From: Candidatus Aenigmatarchaeota archaeon
Lineage (GTDB): Archaea > Aenigmatarchaeota > Aenigmatarchaeia > Aenigmatarchaeales > JACQIB01
Direction of reading: 5' to 3'
Assembly: GCA_038999215.1 (NCBI GenBank)
Contig: JAWABM010000012.1
Coordinates: 1-21,084, forward strand
Length of the DNA: 21,084 nt
Shown here: positions 1 to 8,231 of the stretch, piece by piece
Position numbering within the stretch: the stretch's first letter is position 1
How the letters are laid out: each line of letters opens with the position of its first letter
Notes under the pieces: model-generated
The model's input: the letters and a program-made list of their open reading frames with translations, nothing else
Databases searched by the model: none
Told to the model about the DNA's origin: nothing
Translations under genes and position numbers: made by a program

Positions 1-22
1 AGGCCGAGGGCAAAAAGAATCA

Positions 23-706
23 TCAGAACACCTTGAACCACGGCACTTCCTTAAGGCCGTCGCTGGTTATCTGGAACTCAACCGTCCTGTCCTCTGGAAG
101 CGCACGGGCCTTTGCTATGCGCGCAATGCGGCAGCTTGTCCTTCCGGCATGAGTAAGCTCTATGATGTTCTTGGAAGTCCACTTGACTATGTTCTTGCTT
201 TAAAGCTCGGTCTTTCCCGTCTCAATATCGGAATATACCTGGTTCGTGATAAGCACGGGCATGTTTCTGTCCCTGGCGAGCTTTGAAAGGATGCCCAATT
301 GGGACGCCAATTCCTTGTTTATTTTTGCGACGCTCCTATCGCTCAATTCAAGGCGCCAGAGGGAGGTCATGCTGTCAACGATTATCAGGCCAGCGCAGTA
401 CTTCTTGCAGAGCCGTTCGGCCCGCAGAATGCACTCGTTCTGCTCCTTCCAGCTCTTCGGCGAAAGAAGGATTATGTTTTCCCCCACCTTCTTGGGGTCG
501 CTTATCTGGCCGAGCCTCTCTGCAGAGAAGCCGCCTTCGGTATCGATGTAGATGACTTTCCTTCCCGTCGCAGCGCAGGAGACGCAGGCCTGCAGGGCCA
601 CCTGGGTCTTTCCGGATGCCGGCGCGCCATAGAAGTTCGTGATGCAGCCAGGCTCGATGCCGCCATTCAATAATTTGTCTATCGGAGCGCAGATCGAGAG
701 CTTCAT
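23..706 (-). pseudogene. radB: DNA repair/recombination protein RadB with an in-frame TAA at 200-202 (pseudogene or base-call error)
   Basis: Walker A GAPASGKT, YIDTEGGFS, IIVDS and TNQVY motifs, with no RadA N-terminal domain. The same frame continues 58 codons past the TAA (SKNIVKWTSKNIIEL...ARALPEDRTVEFQITSDGLKEVPWFKVF) to TGA at 23-25, giving 227 codons, a normal RadB length. Confidence 0.85.
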
Positions 707-744
707 AGGTATAGATAATCGGGACGCAGATATATGAACCTTAT

Positions 745-936
745 TTATATGTGGTATAGATCCCTGCGCAGTTTTGCCAACGCAGCATCATCGTACGACC
801 TGCCCCTCCTTTCCTCGTTGGTGACGATAACGCTCGCACCGCGGAAGTCAGGGGTATAAGCAAGGGCCATTATTGTCGCTTCCTGCTTTATGATGTTATC
901 CTCTTTGGTGTACTGGTCGCGCGGCTTGTTTGCCAG
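745..936 (-). CDS. Small hypothetical protein (63 codons from CTG at 936, or 41 aa from ATG at 870)
   Basis: Open frame with genome-typical codons: LANKPRDQYTKEDNIIKQEATIMALAYTPDFRGASVIVTNEERRGRSYDDAALAKLRRDLYHI. TATA-like element at 966-973 upstream. Not in the ORF track. Confidence 0.45.
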   Translation of the reverse strand: MANKPRDQYTKEDNIIKQEATIMALAYTPDFRGASVIVTNEERRGRSYDDAALAKLRRDLYHI

Positions 937-965
937 TTACTTTATTTAAAGCCCGGAACGATAGC

Positions 966-973
966 TTTATATA
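966..973. promoter_or_regulatory. TATA box (TTTATATA), probably for the cdc48 operon and possibly bidirectional
   Basis: Archaeal TATA consensus in an AT-rich divergent intergenic region. GTGGTG RBS-like motif precedes the ATG at 1023. Confidence 0.55.
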
Positions 974-1022
974 CTTTTTACTACACATACATACATAGTT
1001 AGTATGGCTGTGGTGTAAAACA

Positions 1023-1403
1023 ATGAAGGTAGAAATCAGGAAGAAATCGACGGGAGAGACGGCGATACTCATCAGCTTCGACACCAACAGCGAGGCGTTC
1101 GAATCGCCCTCAGAAAGGAACAAGTTCTTCACCGAACTGCATGGCAGGAGGCAAATAATTAAGAGGGAGCAGCGCAAATATGTATACCGCAGAAACGGGC
1201 TGCTCGACGAGATACCGAACCTGCGCGTTGACAACAGCGTGTTCATAATCATGCGGGAGCACATGAGGAGAATGGAGCAGTTCTTCAACGAATGGGAAGA
1301 CAAGGTGAACTTCAGGACGTTCCCGGTGCTGCTGAACGAAAAGGAGGCAAAGGAGCTGAAAAGGAAGAACAAACTGGAGCTCGTGGATGAGATAAGGGGA
1401 TGA
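1023..1403 (+). CDS. Hypothetical protein with a possible Cas2/VapD-like ferredoxin fold
   Basis: 126 aa. ILISFD (beta strand ending in Asp) followed by a helix, and RVDNSVFII, resemble the Cas2 xxxxYD and RVQxSVF motifs. First gene of the cdc48 operon. Confidence 0.6.
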   Translation: MKVEIRKKSTGETAILISFDTNSEAFESPSERNKFFTELHGRRQIIKREQRKYVYRRNGLLDEIPNLRVDNSVFIIMREHMRRMEQFFNEWEDKVNFRTFPVLLNEKEAKELKRKNKLELVDEIRG

Positions 1404-1404
1404 C

Positions 1405-1674
1405 ATGGAAGAGAAAATGAGATCGATAAGGATCGAAAAGTACCTGAAAGAACTGAAAAAATACACACCGGAGGACATAAAGATAAAGCTGAACGATACC
1501 GATTACCAAGCCAGCATAAGGGGCTTCAGAGCAGGGCCGAGAAAGGTCATCGTGAAAAAAGGCAGCAGGATGGCATTCGTCAATTACACAGGCGAAGAAT
1601 GGCAAGCGCCTTACGGCGATATGGAACTTATAGCAGAGATAATAGGCAAGCTGAAAGGTGATGTGAATGGATGA
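1405..1674 (+). CDS. Hypothetical protein (89 aa)
   Basis: Starts 1 nt after the upstream stop and overlaps the cdc48 start by 8 nt. Typical codon usage. No motif recognised. Confidence 0.75.
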   Translation: MEEKMRSIRIEKYLKELKKYTPEDIKIKLNDTDYQASIRGFRAGPRKVIVKKGSRMAFVNYTGEEWQAPYGDMELIAEIIGKLKGDVNG

Positions 1675-3940
1675 AAAGGGGATAAGGCTGAAAGTCGGGG
1701 AGCTGACAGGAAGGGATGATTTCGGAAGGGGCATAGCAAGGATAGACTCGAAGGCGATGAAGGAGCTCGGAATAAAGGAGGGGGATCTGATAGAGCTCGA
1801 GGGCAAGAGAAAAACAACTGCTGTCGCTGTAAGGGCCTATCCTTCGGACGTAGGCACGAACACAGTCAGGATGGACGGCCTCGTCAGGAAGAACGCAAAC
1901 ACGTCCATAGGCGAGTTCGTCAACATAAGGAAGTCCGATGCGAAGGAGGCGAAGAAGGTCGTGCTTGCGCCTGCAGAGAAGGGCATAGCGCTCCATATAT
2001 CACCGAACCTGATAAAGCAGAACATATTCATGAGGCCCATGAGCAAGGGCGACATCATAATAGCCAACCCCGTGTTCAGGAAGGGCGGGGCAAGGACGGA
2101 AGAGAGGGACTTCTTCAGCCAGGTATTCGGCGCGGCTTTCGAGGAGGTGTTCATACCCGAGACGAGGCTGGTCGTGGTGAAGACGAACCCGTCGGATGCG
2201 GTAAGGATCACCGATATGACCGAAGTGGAGCTGATGCCGACCGCAGTCGAGATAGAGGAGACCAAGGTCCTGCCGACCGTGACGTACGAGGATATCGGCG
2301 GGTTGGGCGACACGGTGGGCAAGATAAGGGAGATGATAGAGCTCCCGCTCAAGAGGCCCGAGGTGTTCGGCCGCCTAGGGATAGACCCGCCTAAGGGCGT
2401 TCTCCTTCACGGCCCGCCTGGCTGCGGAAAGACGCTTCTGGCGAAGGCGGTCGCGAACGAGGCAGGCGCCAACTTCGTCTCCGTAGCAGGTCCGGAAATA
2501 GTATCCAAATGGTACGGAGGCTCGGAAGAGAACCTGAGGAAGATATTCGAGGAGGCGGAGAAGAATGCGCCGACGATAGTATTCTTTGACGAGATAGACG
2601 CCATCGCGCCGAAAAGGGAGGAAGTCAGCGGAGAGGTGGAAAGAAGGATGGTCAGCCAGCTGCTGACGCTGATGGACGGGCTCAACTCAAGGGGGAAGGT
2701 CGTTGTCATAGCCGCCACGAACAGGCCGAACTCCATAGACCCCGCGCTAAGAAGGGGCGGCCGCTTCGACCGCGAGATAGAGATAGCGGTGCCCGACAAG
2801 ACGGGAAGGAAGCAGATATTCGAGATACATACAAGAAACATGCCGCTTGCAAAGGACGTCAACATAGACAAGCTGGCGGAGATAACGCACGGCTTCGTCG
2901 GAGCCGACATAGCTGCGCTCGCAAAGGAGGCGGCGATGCACGCCTTGCGCAGCGTGATGCCGGAACTCTCCGGCCTGAAGGAGGGCGAACCGATACCAAA
3001 AGAGATACTGGAGAAGCTGCAGGTGAAAGCCGAAGATTTCGATTACGCCATGAAAATGGTGCAGCCGTCGGCAATGAGGGAAGTGCTGGTGGAGATACCT
3101 AAGGTGAAGTGGGACGATGTCGGCGGTCTGGAGGAAGTGAAGAGCGCCCTTAGGGAGGCAATCGAATGGCCGCTCAAGCACGGCGACAGCTTCAAGAGGC
3201 TCGGAATAACCCCTCCGAGGGGCATACTGCTCTTCGGCCCGCCTGGCTGCGGAAAGACGCACATAGTGAAGGCGCTCGCGAACGAGGCAGGCGTGAACTT
3301 CATTTCGGTGAAGGGGCCGGAACTCCTGAGCAAATGGGTAGGCGAGAGCGAACAGCACATAAGGGACATCTTCAAGAGGGCAAGGCAGGTGGCGCCGTCT
3401 ATAATATTCTTCGATGAAATAGACGCGATGACGCCGAGAAGGGGGCTGGACGCAGGATCGCGCGTCACAGAGCAGGTCGTGAGCCAGATACTTACCGAGA
3501 TGTCCGGGCTCGAGGACATGCACGACGTGGTCGTCGTGGCCGCGACAAACAGGCCTGATATAATGGACCCGGCCCTGCTGAGACCGGGCAGGTTCGACAG
3601 GGTGATATACACGCCAGCCCCAACGGAGGCGGCGAGGGAGAAGATCTTCGCAATACATACCAAGAGCATGCCGCTCGAGGGGATTGACATAAAGACGCTC
3701 GCGAAAAAGACCGAGGGCTTCAGCGGCGCGGACATAGCGGCGCTCTGCAGGGAGGCGGCCCTGAACGCGATGAGGCAGGACATAAAGGCCAAGAAGGTGA
3801 CCAAAGCGAACTTTGACGAGGCCATGAAGAAGATAAAGCCAAGCATAACCGCGGACATGTTCCAGAAATACCAGAAGATCGTGGACGAGGCCAAGAAGGC
3901 AAAAATCGAGGAAGAGGAAAAATCAAGATACATAGGGTGA
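1667..3940 (+). CDS. cdc48: CDC48/VCP-family AAA+ ATPase
   Basis: N domain plus two AAA modules (GPPGCGKT twice, FFDEIDA twice, RRGGRFDR and LRPGRFDR). AGGTGA RBS upstream. C-terminus SRYIG. Confidence 0.97.
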   Translation: MDEKGIRLKVGELTGRDDFGRGIARIDSKAMKELGIKEGDLIELEGKRKTTAVAVRAYPSDVGTNTVRMDGLVRKNANTSIGEFVNIRKSDAKEAKKVVLAPAEKGIALHISPNLIKQNIFMRPMSKGDIIIANPVFRKGGARTEERDFFSQVFGAAFEEVFIPETRLVVVKTNPSDAVRITDMTEVELMPTAVEIEETKVLPTVTYEDIGGLGDTVGKIREMIELPLKRPEVFGRLGIDPPKGVLLHGPPGCGKTLLAKAVANEAGANFVSVAGPEIVSKWYGGSEENLRKIFEEAEKNAPTIVFFDEIDAIAPKREEVSGEVERRMVSQLLTLMDGLNSRGKVVVIAATNRPNSIDPALRRGGRFDREIEIAVPDKTGRKQIFEIHTRNMPLAKDVNIDKLAEITHGFVGADIAALAKEAAMHALRSVMPELSGLKEGEPIPKEILEKLQVKAEDFDYAMKMVQPSAMREVLVEIPKVKWDDVGGLEEVKSALREAIEWPLKHGDSFKRLGITPPRGILLFGPPGCGKTHIVKALANEAGVNFISVKGPELLSKWVGESEQHIRDIFKRARQVAPSIIFFDEIDAMTPRRGLDAGSRVTEQVVSQILTEMSGLEDMHDVVVVAATNRPDIMDPALLRPGRFDRVIYTPAPTEAAREKIFAIHTKSMPLEGIDIKTLAKKTEGFSGADIAALCREAALNAMRQDIKAKKVTKANFDEAMKKIKPSITADMFQKYQKIVDEAKKAKIEEEEKSRYIG

Positions 3941-3944
3941 TGAG

Positions 3945-4283
3945 ATGGAGAAGAAAAGGGTAAACGTGAGCATAGACAACGGCAGGGACGTGTTCTTCAC
4001 GGACAACGTGACGATAATACACAGCCCGGCCAAGTTCGTGATAGACTTCACTCAGACCACGCCGAGATTCGACAACATAGGCGGGGAACAGCAGCAGTCC
4101 GTGATAGTGAAGCACAACACGGTGATGATGGATCCAGTGCTTGCCAAGATGTTCATGGAGGTGCTGGACGAGAACGTGAAGAAATACGAGAAGCAGCACG
4201 GCAAGATAAAAATTGAGAAAGGGAAGACAGACAAGAAATCGGTGCCGCTCGCATTCGAGCCAGGCAACAGGTACATAGGCTAG
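3945..4283 (+). CDS. DUF3467-like protein
   Basis: Pattern [12 protein letters not shown]...[27 protein letters not shown] matches my recollection of DUF3467. Starts 4 nt after cdc48. C-terminus NRYIG. Confidence 0.75.
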   Translation: MEKKRVNVSIDNGRDVFFTDNVTIIHSPAKFVIDFTQTTPRFDNIGGEQQQSVIVKHNTVMMDPVLAKMFMEVLDENVKKYEKQHGKIKIEKGKTDKKSVPLAFEPGNRYIG

Positions 4284-4498
4284 GGCTTCTTTTTTGCCAG
4301 CTCGATGTCCTCTTTCTTTATCGTTTTCCTTCCGGCATGGGCCGCGAACTTGACAGCGTCCTTCGAGATGCCGGCAGCAATGTCCATGAGAACGTCGGCA
4401 AGCGCCCTAGCTGCTGAGTCGCTGACCCTTTCCGCGCCCGCGTTCTTGAGTATGTCGGCCATCGGCGCAGCCGGTATTATCGAGCGTTTTCTTGGCAT
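4280..4498 (-). CDS. Archaeal histone (72 aa from ATG at 4498)
   Basis: IPAAP...AGAERVS...AAHAGRKTIKKEDIELA is the HMf-type histone-fold signature. Its stop overlaps the convergent gene's stop (CTAG). Confidence 0.95.
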   Translation of the reverse strand: MPRKRSIIPAAPMADILKNAGAERVSDSAARALADVLMDIAAGISKDAVKFAAHAGRKTIKKEDIELAKKKP

Positions 4499-4538
4499 GG
4501 TCCTCAATAACTTTATTTAAATAAGCAATATATAAAGT
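4499..4538. promoter_or_regulatory. Compact divergent promoter region for histone and permease
   Basis: 40-bp AT-rich spacer with TTTATTTAAA (4512-4521, plus strand) and TTTATATA (4529-4536, minus strand). Confidence 0.55.
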
Positions 4539-5816
4539 ATGGCGAAGCTCAAGCGCGCACTAGGACTGTTCGAGACCACGATGTACGGCGTCGGGATAAT
4601 ACTTGGCGCGGGCATTTATGTTCTCATAGGCAAGGCCGCAGGAATAGCCGGAAGCGGGGTGTGGCTCTCGTTCCTTGCGGCGGCGGTTGTAGCGGCGGTC
4701 ACGGGCATGAGCTATGCCGAGCTTTCGTCCATGTACCCGAAGGACGCGGCCGAATACCTCTACACGCACAAGGCGTTCAGGAGCAGGAGGCTCTCATTCC
4801 TCGTGGGATGGCTGATGCTGTTCGCGCTCATAGTCGCATCCGCGGCGGTCGCCCTCGGCTTCGCAGGATACTTCTCCGCGATGTTCGGAGCGCCGGTCGT
4901 GCTGTCGGCGCTTGCGCTTGTCATACTGCTGTCGCTCCTTAACTTCTGGGGGATAAAAGAATCCGCCTGGATGAACATACTCTTCACGCTCATAGAGATG
5001 GCGGGATTGGCGATAATAATATTTCTCGGCATAGGCCATTTCGGCAGCGTCAACTATTTCGAAATACCCGGCGGGTTCGGAAGCCTAATGGCTGCCGCAG
5101 TGCTGGTGTTCTTCGCCTATCTCGGGTTCGAGGACCTGGTCAACATAGCCGAGGAGGTCAGGGAGCCGAAAAGGACGATGCCGAGGGCGCTGCTGTATTC
5201 CATAGCCATAACCACAGTGATATACATGCTGGTATCGGTTTCGGCAGTCAGCATACTGCCGTGGCAGGAGCTCGGCGCATCGAAGGCGCCGCTGGCGGAC
5301 GTGGCGAACGCGGCCTGGCCGGGCTCTTCCGCGCTGCTGGCATTCATAGCGCTCTTCGCAACGACGAACACAGTGCTGTTCCTGCTCGTCGCATGCTCCA
5401 GGATAATGTACGGCATGTCGTGCCAGAACGCGCTCCCAAGGACGCTCTGCACCGTGCACAAGTCCAGGCGCACGCCATGGATAGCCGTGCTCGCGACAAT
5501 GCTGCTGGCTGCGGCCTTCGTGACAATAGGCAACATAAGGACCGTGGCGGAGCTGACGGACTGGGCGGTCTTCTTCGTGTTCTTCTTCATAAACGCGTCC
5601 CTCATCTGGCTCAGGAAGACAAGGCCAGGCGAGGTCAGGGGTTTCAGGGTCCCGCTGAAGATAGGATGGGTGCCTGTGCTGCCGGCCTTCGGGGCGCTGT
5701 TCTGCGCCTACATGATGACACACTTCGAGCTCTCGCTGTCGCTGTTCGGCATCGGCGTCATAACCGCAGGAGCGGTCGCATACGAAGTTCTCAAGAAGGC
5801 CGGCAAGATTCAGTGA
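4539..5816 (+). CDS. APC-family amino acid permease
   Basis: LKRALGL...GIILGAGIY, YAELSSMYP, FFAYLGFE, AEEVREPKR motifs and about 12 hydrophobic segments. Confidence 0.93.
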   Translation: MAKLKRALGLFETTMYGVGIILGAGIYVLIGKAAGIAGSGVWLSFLAAAVVAAVTGMSYAELSSMYPKDAAEYLYTHKAFRSRRLSFLVGWLMLFALIVASAAVALGFAGYFSAMFGAPVVLSALALVILLSLLNFWGIKESAWMNILFTLIEMAGLAIIIFLGIGHFGSVNYFEIPGGFGSLMAAAVLVFFAYLGFEDLVNIAEEVREPKRTMPRALLYSIAITTVIYMLVSVSAVSILPWQELGASKAPLADVANAAWPGSSALLAFIALFATTNTVLFLLVACSRIMYGMSCQNALPRTLCTVHKSRRTPWIAVLATMLLAAAFVTIGNIRTVAELTDWAVFFVFFFINASLIWLRKTRPGEVRGFRVPLKIGWVPVLPAFGALFCAYMMTHFELSLSLFGIGVITAGAVAYEVLKKAGKIQ

Positions 5817-6694
5817 ATGCGCGTCGTGACTATCGGCTTCTCATCGACCAGCACAGTGTGCTCGGCCTGCGAGACAGGAGCGCCAGACACCTCCTTCAGG
5901 ACCATGTAAGGGTGCAGCGCTCCGGCCGAGACAAGCTGCTTCAGGGCGGCCTCCATCCTGACACCGGGCATCTTCAGCCACCTTTTCGCGAAGGGCAGCA
6001 TGCTGTATTCCTTCTTAGCCAGCTCCATTATCTTCCTCGCTTCAGGCAGCCTGGACGGCTTGTCAGCAATACAGCGGAAAATGAGTGTCGGTTCGGAATC
6101 CTTGACCATACCGGCCCCGGTCGTGGCGAAGGGCTCGACAGCATAGGCCTCCCCCTCCTCCAACCTCTTGCCGGCCCCGTTCCTGACGTTCGGTATGACA
6201 TGACCGGCATGGAGGTCGTACTGCGAAAGCGAATGGCCAGTCAGGTTCGCGACGGGCTTGAAGCCCATACCTTTCGCCACATCCTCAATGGCGGCGCCGA
6301 TATCTGATATCCTCGTGCCGGGCACGAAGAGCGGAAGCGCGGCATCTAACATTTTCTTCGAGCACCTTATGAGGTCGTCCTCACCGGCAGGACGGACGGT
6401 AACGGCGGTGTCCCCTATGAACCCGTTGACATGCGCCCCGACATCGAGCTTGACGTAGTCGTTTTTGCCTATCACCATCCTGTCGCCTGCAACAGGCGTA
6501 TAGTGCGCGGCCACATCATTGATGGAGACGTTCATCGGGAACGCGGGCTTTCCGCCAAGCTCCCTTATCCTGGCTTCGGTCTTCTCCGCAATGTCAAGAA
6601 CGAGCGCACCCTCTTTCGCGAGCGCTGCAGCGTACTGCAGCGCCTGCGCAGCTATCCTTCCCGCCTCCTTGTAGCATTTGATTTCATCCGTCAT
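5810..6694 (-). CDS. map: Type II methionine aminopeptidase
   Basis: AFPMNVSINDVAAHYTP, KLDVGAHVNGFIGDTA, NLTGHS, AVEPFAT, SQAEHTV. Confidence 0.96.
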   Translation of the reverse strand: MTDEIKCYKEAGRIAAQALQYAAALAKEGALVLDIAEKTEARIRELGGKPAFPMNVSINDVAAHYTPVAGDRMVIGKNDYVKLDVGAHVNGFIGDTAVTVRPAGEDDLIRCSKKMLDAALPLFVPGTRISDIGAAIEDVAKGMGFKPVANLTGHSLSQYDLHAGHVIPNVRNGAGKRLEEGEAYAVEPFATTGAGMVKDSEPTLIFRCIADKPSRLPEARKIMELAKKEYSMLPFAKRWLKMPGVRMEAALKQLVSAGALHPYMVLKEVSGAPVSQAEHTVLVDEKPIVTTRIH

Positions 6695-7803
6695 TTCATC
6701 AGCTGCCCCTCAGTGACGCCGAACACCTGCAGCACCCTCAGGGCCGCAGGCAGGACCTGCTTCTTCGCGTAGTAATCGAAATCTATCTGGCCGAGCTTCG
6801 GTCCGGGATAAGGCTCCGCCCTTTCGGACAGCGGTCCGCCGCCCTTCACGATGACGAACCTTATTATCATCCCCCGGCTGACCGCTAGGCCAGCCGCCCT
6901 CATCTTCCTGGCCGCTGCCAGATGAGCGGTCTTTGCCTTGTACTGGCTCATGGGCTTTGCGAGCTGTACGTTTATCACAAGATCTTCCATTTTCACCTTG
7001 CCTTCCCTGACGCAGGCCAGCATGTTTCTGGCGTAGCTCACCGCTTCGCTTTTCTTTTCAAGAAGTATGAGCTGCAATATCCTTTTCTGCACCTCCTTGG
7101 CGAGCCTGCACCAATCCTCCCTCCTGGTCTCGAAGCCGCGCACGAGCAGCTCGCCCTTCCTGTCCATGAGCGCGTACTTCTTCTTCGCCCCTCTGCCTTC
7201 CTTGGTCGTGACGAACAGACCGCGTTCATAGTAGCCGCGGAACTCGAGCCTTATCACGCCGGGCAGCTCCCTGTTCACCTTTTTGAGCAGCCTCTTCGCT
7301 GAAGAGGCTCCACACTTGAGGAAGACGGCGTCAGTGTCGGCGTATATCACCTCAAGCCCGGCCTTCTCGGCGTCGCTTATGACCTTCTTTATGTAATAGC
7401 GCCCGAATGCGGCTATGGATTCCGCAATCTTAACATTGTAATAAGGGCTTCCCCTGTAACCGAAGTAACCATAGGCTATGTTCGCAGCAAGCTTGAGCTG
7501 CTGCTCCCTCTTAGCTAGCTTCTCGTCATATTTCCTCTTAAGCTTCCTCTTAACCTCCCACCGCTCCTCCAGAATCTTCCTGAGCCTCTTCGGTATGTCG
7601 CCTTCCGGCTTCTTGCAGAACCACCTGTCCTCGAAGCCTGGCACGCGGTCCTTTTCGCTGCAAGGCTTGCAGAAGGTCTTGACGTCTATGTTGTGCGTTA
7701 TTATGATGCTCGGATAAAGGTTCCTGAAATCAAGCACGGACAGGCCCTTGTGCATGCCAGCCTTGGGCTCCTTCACGAAGCCGCCTTCGTACTGCGTTTC
7801 CAT
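6691..7803 (-). CDS. polB: Family B DNA polymerase, polymerase domain only (370 aa, no exonuclease or N-terminal domain)
   Basis: Starts METQYEGGFVKEP. Motif A DFRNLYPS, motif B KLAANIAYG, motif C YADTD, KKKYAL, RGFETRREDW, DFDYY..KQVLPA..RVL. Overlaps map by ATGA. Confidence 0.9.
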   Translation of the reverse strand: METQYEGGFVKEPKAGMHKGLSVLDFRNLYPSIIITHNIDVKTFCKPCSEKDRVPGFEDRWFCKKPEGDIPKRLRKILEERWEVKRKLKRKYDEKLAKREQQLKLAANIAYGYFGYRGSPYYNVKIAESIAAFGRYYIKKVISDAEKAGLEVIYADTDAVFLKCGASSAKRLLKKVNRELPGVIRLEFRGYYERGLFVTTKEGRGAKKKYALMDRKGELLVRGFETRREDWCRLAKEVQKRILQLILLEKKSEAVSYARNMLACVREGKVKMEDLVINVQLAKPMSQYKAKTAHLAAARKMRAAGLAVSRGMIIRFVIVKGGGPLSERAEPYPGPKLGQIDFDYYAKKQVLPAALRVLQVFGVTEGQLMK

Positions 7804-7826
7804 GGGAAAGAGTTGTGGACTCGGAC

Positions 7827-7835
7827 TTATAAAAA
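7827..7835 (-). promoter_or_regulatory. TATA box of the short polB (probably a leaderless transcript)
   Basis: TTTTTATAA on the minus strand ending 23 nt before the ATG at 7803, which is canonical archaeal spacing. Confidence 0.65.
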
Positions 7836-7941
7836 CTTCCAGAAAGGAGATGTTGCAGCATCCTATAAGCTTTAAATACATGCTCAATTGTCTTACAAAG
7901 TAGAAGCGACACCCGGATATTACAACTCGAGGTATGTTCAA

Positions 7942-8115
7942 ATGCCAAAACCGAAGAAAAAGGAGCAACCCAAGAAGGAAGCGAAAGAGATGAAGGAAGA
8001 AGAAAAGAAATGGGACGAGGAAGAGGAGATCGTGGAGGAAGAGGCGAACATGGAAGAATCCGAAGGGGCCGCGGAAGAGACGGAAGAGGAAGAGGAGTCG
8101 GAAGAAGAATGGTAG
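7942..8115 (+). CDS. Small low-complexity protein with Lys-rich N-terminus and Glu-rich C-terminus (57 aa)
   Basis: GAGGT RBS upstream, TTTAAATA at 7871-7878, terminator-like hairpin downstream. 27 of 57 residues are acidic. Confidence 0.7.
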   Translation: MPKPKKKEQPKKEAKEMKEEEKKWDEEEEIVEEEANMEESEGAAEETEEEEESEEEW

Positions 8116-8128
8116 GACCTCCGCGCTT

Positions 8129-8164
8129 GCGGTGAAAATCACCGCCTTTTCTATTTCTATTTTT
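8129..8164 (+). terminator. Hairpin followed by a T-rich tract
   Basis: GCGGTGA-AAA-TCACCGC (7-bp stem) followed by CTTTTCTATTTCTATTTTT, just after the stop at 8115. Confidence 0.6.
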
Positions 8165-8231
8165 GTTCATAGGCAGCTATGCCGCCTTCCCGCAGAAAGC
8201 GCTTAAATCCTTTCATTCCTCTATTCTTGCA

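Noticed and set aside
200..202. Stop-codon reassignment or readthrough of TAA
   Set aside because: TAA ends other genes here at their expected C-termini (10205-10207, 10254-10256), and this is a single instance.
707..1022. CRISPR array next to the Cas2-like gene
   Set aside because: No repeat-spacer periodicity here or elsewhere in the window, only a short CATA microrepeat.
939..4521. ACTTTATTTAAA repeated at 939-950 and 4510-4521, flanking the cdc48 operon like a target-site duplication
   Set aside because: Both copies are AT-rich promoter-like sequence, the enclosed genes are core genes, and there is no integrase or transposase.
5261..6307. Long alternative-frame and antisense ORFs (e.g. 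5261-6307, 2747-3658, 3043-3933, 18034-18897)
   Set aside because: Shadow ORFs of GC3-rich genes. They overlap well-supported CDSs and have no motifs. Only the last 51 codons of 18034-18897 are kept as a candidate.
7770..7803. Split-intein trans-splicing of PolB as in Nanoarchaeum
   Set aside because: There is no intein C-fragment (His-Asn followed by Cys/Ser/Thr). The protein starts directly with polymerase sequence.
7804..8142. 113-aa hydrophobic N-terminal extension of PolB in the ORF track, suggesting a membrane-anchored polymerase
   Set aside because: The Phe/Leu-rich stretch is the antisense of the GAA/AAG-rich acidic ORF, and a TATA box sits just before the ATG at 7803.
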